From a virus (taxonomy: Duplodnaviria; Caudoviricetes), in IMG/VR virus record IMGVR_UViG_2974528200_000001, positions 27,511-91,510 of that record: a stretch of 64,000 nt of DNA. One strand, 5' to 3'. A model generated the notes under the pieces. That model was not told the DNA's origin. It made no database searches and saw nothing but the letters and a program-made list of their open reading frames with translations. Both the position numbers and the translations under genes were made by a program. Shown here piece after piece: positions 59,726 through 64,000 of this stretch; the stretch's first letter is position 1; each line of letters begins with the position of its first letter.

Positions 59726-61380
59726 TCAGTTCCGGTATGCCGAGCTGTCGTTGTAGTAGCGGCCATCCCAGATGCAGGGCAGGCCATCAGTGTTGCCATC
59801 CTCGTACTCGCAGGCCGGGAGGACCTTGACCATCGACGGTGGCACGTTGTCCAGGTCGATCGGTGCAGGTGCCTGGTGTGCGATGAACAGGGACAGGATG
59901 AACGTGGTCACGATCACGCGTCCACCTCGTCACGCTCGTACTCGTTGGCGGGCACGATGTTTCCATCGCTGATCCGGGCGTCCAGCCAATCGTTGTACTG
60001 AATCTGGTAGTCGATGGTCGAGACCTCCTTGAGTACCAGCGACGCGTTGTAGTGGATACCCAAGATCTCCACCGCCGGCTGGATCTCGTCGACGAACTCG
60101 TCGAACATCTCGTGCAGGTCGTAACTGTCCAGCTCACGCCCGGTTGTCGGCTCGATGTACTCGCTCATTTTGTCTCTCGTCTCTTGTTGTTGATTAGACA
60201 CTAGCAGGTTCAAGTGGTGGGTGTCAACACCCCGTCACTCAGGTTCGACTACCGCGTAGTACGAGGAGCCATCCAGATTGAGTATCCGGTACTCCATGCC
60301 GTAGGGGACCTCGATGACCAGGAGCTGGGCACCGGTCACCTTGTCCATCGACCGTTGGCGAATGTTGAGTTGCTCCTCAGCGGAGAACGTCTCATTCAAG
60401 ACCTCATCCGCTTGCACCTCCAGCCGCTGGAGGCGTTCTGCCGGCGTCACAGTCCGACACCCACGTGAGTGTAGAGTCCCTGAGCGTCAGTCGACCAGCG
60501 ATCGACGTCGCCACCGTTGACGTGGCCGACGGTGGTGCTCTCACCTGCAACCCACAGGCCGATGATGACACCCTCACACATGTACACGGTCACCGTGAGT
60601 CGGGCCGTCATGTCGTCGCTGGTCTCATCGACCAGGACCAGACCACGGGCGCCGTCGCCGGCCCACAGCTGGCCGGCGTCGACCAAGGTCGAGAACACGT
60701 TGCCGGTTGCGTTGAAGTTCTCCAGGATCATGCCCTCACGGTGGAGGCTGAAGCCGCGTGCGGAGTATCGCATTGTGTTGCCTTTCGTTCTTTGTTGTGA
60801 CTCAGCCTATCAGACTGACTCGTGGGTGTCAACTGTCAGAACTGGTAGAACCAGTCATCCAGCTCAGGGTCAAGCATTGACCCAAAGATCACCTTTGGGT
60901 GTTCGGCACTGTCGAACGACCATTCGTCGTGGCGGTCAATCCCGTTGGCTGCAGCGTGCTGGTCGAGCGCCTGCTCGGCTGTCATGTCACGCGCCGCCGG
61001 CGAAAGCTCGCCCATGGCGATCATGGCCTCCACCAGGTCACGGGGCTGGTAGTTGTCGCCGGCCCAGGTGTAGCCGACGATGTCCGTTGCGTGCATCTCA
61101 TTACCCTTTCGGTTGATGCTTTCAGCCTATCAGACTGACTCGTGGGTGTCAACTGTCAGTTGTTGGCACAGTCGATCGCGTAGGCGTCACCGAGGCAGAC
61201 CTGGTCACACACCGCGCAATCGAAATAACCATCCGCGTCGACCTCAGTGAGGACCAGGGGACCACCGAGGGAGCCGGCCAGAATCTCGATGCCGGCGGTG
61301 ACAGACACGGCCTCATCGAGGTCCAGGTGGCTGTCGTCGTCATTGTTGATGACGATTGCGCAGGAGTGGCAGGAGAGCAT
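59726..61380 (-). other. Small early genes (59726-59917, 59914-60168, 60235-60450, 60447-60773, 60836-61096, 61156-61380), in cassettes bounded by promoter repeats
   Basis: ORFs with SD sites, each group preceded by a TTGAC-N17-TAG promoter. Confidence 0.6.
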
Positions 61381-61543
61381 TGGTCTGACCTTTCGCTTGT
61401 TTTCTCGGCTTGTTTCTTTGTTGCTCTCAGTCTATCAGACTGAGCGGTGGAAGTCAATCCCCGTTGGATTCGAGTTTGCTAGCGTTGCAGTGACTCTGTA
61501 ATCCAGGGACCGACTGCCGGCTATGCCAGCGTGTCGCCACTAG

Positions 61544-61591
61544 TGCCCCGCGTGAGGACTTGAACCTCACTGCCCGCCTATTCGGTGGGGC
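61544..61591 (-). ncRNA. tRNA-like mini-element 1 (acceptor plus T-arm, no anticodon arm)
   Basis: GCCCCAC-cgaataggcgggca-GTGAGG TTCAAGT CCTCAC-GCGGGGC-A. Confidence 0.55.
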
Positions 61592-61640
61592 CCTTCCTTG
61601 CTTGTGTTCTCAGTCTAGCCGATTGAGTGGTGGGTGTCAA

Positions 61641-61820
61641 CTACCAGCGGTGGGTGACCTCAAACCGGTCCCGACGATTGAACAGACCAGAATCACCGTT
61701 GTGAAACTTAATCCACACATAGGCCGGGTTACTGCCGGCACCGATCGAGTCGACAACCAGCGAGCCGCTGATCTCGTAACCCTCACGCAAATTCTGAGCC
61801 TCATAGGTCGCCGGCAACAT
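61641..61820 (-). CDS. Hypothetical protein (59 aa)
   Basis: GAAAGGA SD; MLPATYEAQNL...; lies between two promoter repeats. Confidence 0.55.
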   Translation of the reverse strand: MLPATYEAQNLREGYEISGSLVVDSIGAGSNPAYVWIKFHNGDSGLFNRRDRFEVTHRW

Positions 61821-62122
61821 GTCATATCCTTTCGTTGTTCCTGCTTGCTTGTGTTCTCAGTCTAGCCGATTGGGTGGTGGGTGTCAAGTCCTACCAGCGA
61901 AACGTCGGTAGGATATTGACGTCGTCATGCTCGCGCCACAGCTCGTCGAAAGCGCCAACACCCTGCCCGCTAGGAGACCAGCGATTAGCCTGCCTGATAG
62001 CGTCCCGGTCATCAGTTGCAGTGATGCCAACGGTTGTCCCATCGCTTGCCATGTAAGTATATTCCACTGGTCTGCCTTTCGTTCCATAGGTAGCCGGCAG
62101 TACGGGCGTACTACTAGCGTCG

Positions 62123-62177
62123 TGCCTAGTGTGGACTCGAACCACAGACACCCTAGAGTGCCCCACCATGGCTAGGC
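62123..62177 (-). ncRNA. tRNA-like mini-element 2 (acceptor, short stem, T-arm)
   Basis: GCCTAG-ccatggtgg-GGCAC-tctagg-GTGTC-TGTGG TTCGAGT CCACA-CTAGGC-A. Confidence 0.6.
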
Positions 62178-62188
62178 TGATGCCTAGA

Positions 62189-62758
62189 TCAGGCGTCGAT
62201 TAGTGCCGCCTGGACCAGTTCGCGAAACGCCTTAGGAACGTTCCACTTAATCCAGCTCTCGCGACGATCGGCGTCCATGCGTGCCAACTTGTCCACGAAT
62301 ACCTGGACTTGACGCGCACGGTTGGCCGCGGCACGGTCCTGGTCCACCACGGCACGGGAAGACTTGACCTTGGGTGCGCCGATCACCTTGGGTGCGGCCA
62401 CCTTGGGTGCGCGCGACTTACGGCCGGTTGAGCGTGCCTCCCAATCGACGTATGTGCCGTATGAGGTGTATGCCACCGACGCCGTGCCGCCCAGAGACGC
62501 GGCCACCGCAACGTCTCCGACCAAGTCGGTATCGACCACATTTTCAGTGCGACCATCATAGGCGTAAACGTTGCGCCCGTTTTCCGCCACGTCGGCCAGG
62601 TCCGCGCGAAAGGCTTCAGACTGAGCGGGGGTCAAGTTCGCCCATGGTTGCGCGCCCTCACGGTAAGACTGACGACGGTTGGAGACTTTCTCAGGGTTTG
62701 ACGCCTTAGGCTTGCCCGGAATGTTTCCGCCGTACCATTCACCCTCACGATGCACCAT
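62189..62758 (-). CDS. Hypothetical basic protein
   Basis: GAAAGG SD; APKV repeats. Confidence 0.65.
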   Translation of the reverse strand: MVHREGEWYGGNIPGKPKASNPEKVSNRRQSYREGAQPWANLTPAQSEAFRADLADVAENGRNVYAYDGRTENVVDTDLVGDVAVAASLGGTASVAYTSYGTYVDWEARSTGRKSRAPKVAAPKVIGAPKVKSSRAVVDQDRAAANRARQVQVFVDKLARMDADRRESWIKWNVPKAFRELVQAALIDA

Positions 62759-62885
62759 TGTTCTGCCTTTCATGCGTTGGATAAAGTCCAGCCACGGATA
62801 GGCCGGCCTAGCGCACACACTCCGATTGAACGGTAGGGCCCTATGTCCCGGTATGTGCTTAGTCTAGCGGATTGGGTGGTGGGTG

Positions 62886-63092
62886 TCAAGCTACCTTGAC
62901 CAGGGATACCCGCTTGACCAGCGAGACCACGGGCCGACGGTGCCGACCATTGTCGGAGTAGGCAACGTCCCCGAACGGGACGCCATTCTGGTCTGCGCTG
63001 TCCCAACCTAGGTAGATCTCGGCCAGGTTGGCGGTGAATGCCCACTTGTCGACCAAGTGGACGTAGTGGCGGGGACGGTAGGTGCTGGTCAT
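62886..63092 (-). CDS. Hypothetical protein
   Basis: GAAAGG SD, downstream of a promoter repeat. Confidence 0.6.
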   Translation of the reverse strand: MTSTYRPRHYVHLVDKWAFTANLAEIYLGWDSADQNGVPFGDVAYSDNGRHRRPVVSLVKRVSLVKVA

Positions 63093-63417
63093 TTTTCTTG
63101 CCTTTCGATCGGTGGTGGTCTGTTGTCAATCACAATACACACTTGAGTGGTGGGTGTCAACCGTTGTTCGCGGGTTTGATTCTGTCCAGTGACCCTGTCG
63201 GACCGGTTGAGCTGGCCGCCGTTGCGGCCGTGGTCCCCTCACACGTGTTGTGTGGGTGTCCGGCTTGCCAGTACAGGTCGGTGCCGGATGTTCAATTTGT
63301 GATGGTCCCCATCATGCCCGGTTGAGTGGTGGGTGTCAAGCTAATGGTGTGTGACCTGCATCACACTACCCCTCGCGCGCGCGTATAGGGAAGGCGTCGA
63401 CCAGGGGGGGGGCGGAT

Positions 63418-63850
63418 TCGAACACATGTTCGATCGCGTGGGGGGCCGGCAATGGGCTGGAATCGATTTCGAACACACGTTCGAAACGTATTCGAACAAT
63501 CGCATGATCGAATACGAAAGAATGGGCAGAGAATGAAAGAAATGCTTTCGAACACACAATCGAAATGCAATTCGATTCATTTCGAACAGGCTTTCGAAAG
63601 GCATACGGTGGGGGGGTACCGGGCATACGGTGGGGGGGTACTCGTCGGAATCAGGTAACTGATTCGATCGAATCGTCTAACTGATTCACGATAATCATCT
63701 AACTGATTCACGAAAAAACATCCGGAGGAATCGGCCGACGCTACTCGCGGGTAACCCAAGGTCGTCACTGCCTCCTACGGTTGAAACGTCACTGTGACGT
63801 ACCGAGCGTTCGGTCGGTCGCCGCTGGTCAGGAGTCGAACACGCGTTCGA
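63418..63850. promoter_or_regulatory. Cluster of actinobacterial LexA-type SOS boxes TCGAAC-N4-GTTCGA
   Basis: Perfect at 63418-63433, 63469-63484 and 63835-63850; 1 mismatch at 63582-63597; 2 mismatches at 63548-63563. Confidence 0.7.
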
Positions 63851-64000
63851 AACCGGGGGTACCCCCAGGGGGTATCGGCCCAACCAAGCGCTTGCTTGGT
63901 CCACCCAAAACCGCTGGTCAGGGCGCTGCCGGCACTCCGGAAAATCGGAAAACCGCAGGTCAACCCCCCCGCCGCCCCCACCCGCGGGCGCGCGACGCTC

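Larger units (their letters stand above)
50500..63340 (-). promoter_or_regulatory. Array of about 12 repeated leftward SigA-type early promoters, TTGACACCCAC...N17...TAGACT/TAGGCT/TAGTGT
   Basis: -35 copies at about 50514, 54074, 57493, 60222, 60827, 61147, 61452, 61635, 61882, 62884, 63155 and 63334; e.g. TTGACA-CCCACCACTCAATCGGC-TAGACT at 61640-61612. Confidence 0.85.

Noticed and set aside
62812-62858. Third tRNA-like element (GCACATAC...CCG-TTCAAT-CGG...GTGTGTGC, minus strand)
   Set aside because: T-stem only 3 bp with a 6-nt loop, and the 5' strand overlaps the predicted transcription start; too weak to call
57480-63340. Early-arm repeats as a CRISPR array
   Set aside because: Spacing is irregular (180-2700 bp), the spacers contain genes, and the repeats parse as -35/-10 promoters

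Overview
This window is about 64 kb of a temperate actinobacteriophage genome. The split lysin A, holin/membrane cassette, WhiB, Lsr2 and DUF3039 point to a Gordonia/Rhodococcus-type host. Layout: end of a tail gene, HNH gene, lysis cassette and minor tail/fibre genes (1-11.1 kb); a small leftward cassette with Lsr2 (11.1-12.3 kb); rightward xseA/xseB, phosphoesterase and rtcB; tRNA-Lys(UUU), attP, tyrosine integrase and repressor (19.4-22.1 kb); a long rightward recombination, replication and nucleotide/NAD metabolism arm (22.2-49.8 kb); and a leftward arm of small early genes driven by about 12 near-identical SigA-type promoters, ending in a non-coding region with LexA-type SOS boxes. The least explained signals are non-coding. 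(1) Two tandem, covarying, probably pseudoknotted ~170-220 nt structured RNAs with their own promoter lie between recE and recT. (2) A ~33-nt hairpin motif is repeated three times in gene leaders. (3) A promoter-driven array of Pro-Pro minigenes lies upstream of the Lsr2 cassette. (4) Anticodon-less tRNA-like mini-elements occur in the early region. (5) The attP core matches a tRNA-Lys anticodon loop and sits beside a phage-borne full tRNA-Lys. All calls are by eye from the sequence and ORF track; no database searches or folding programs were run.
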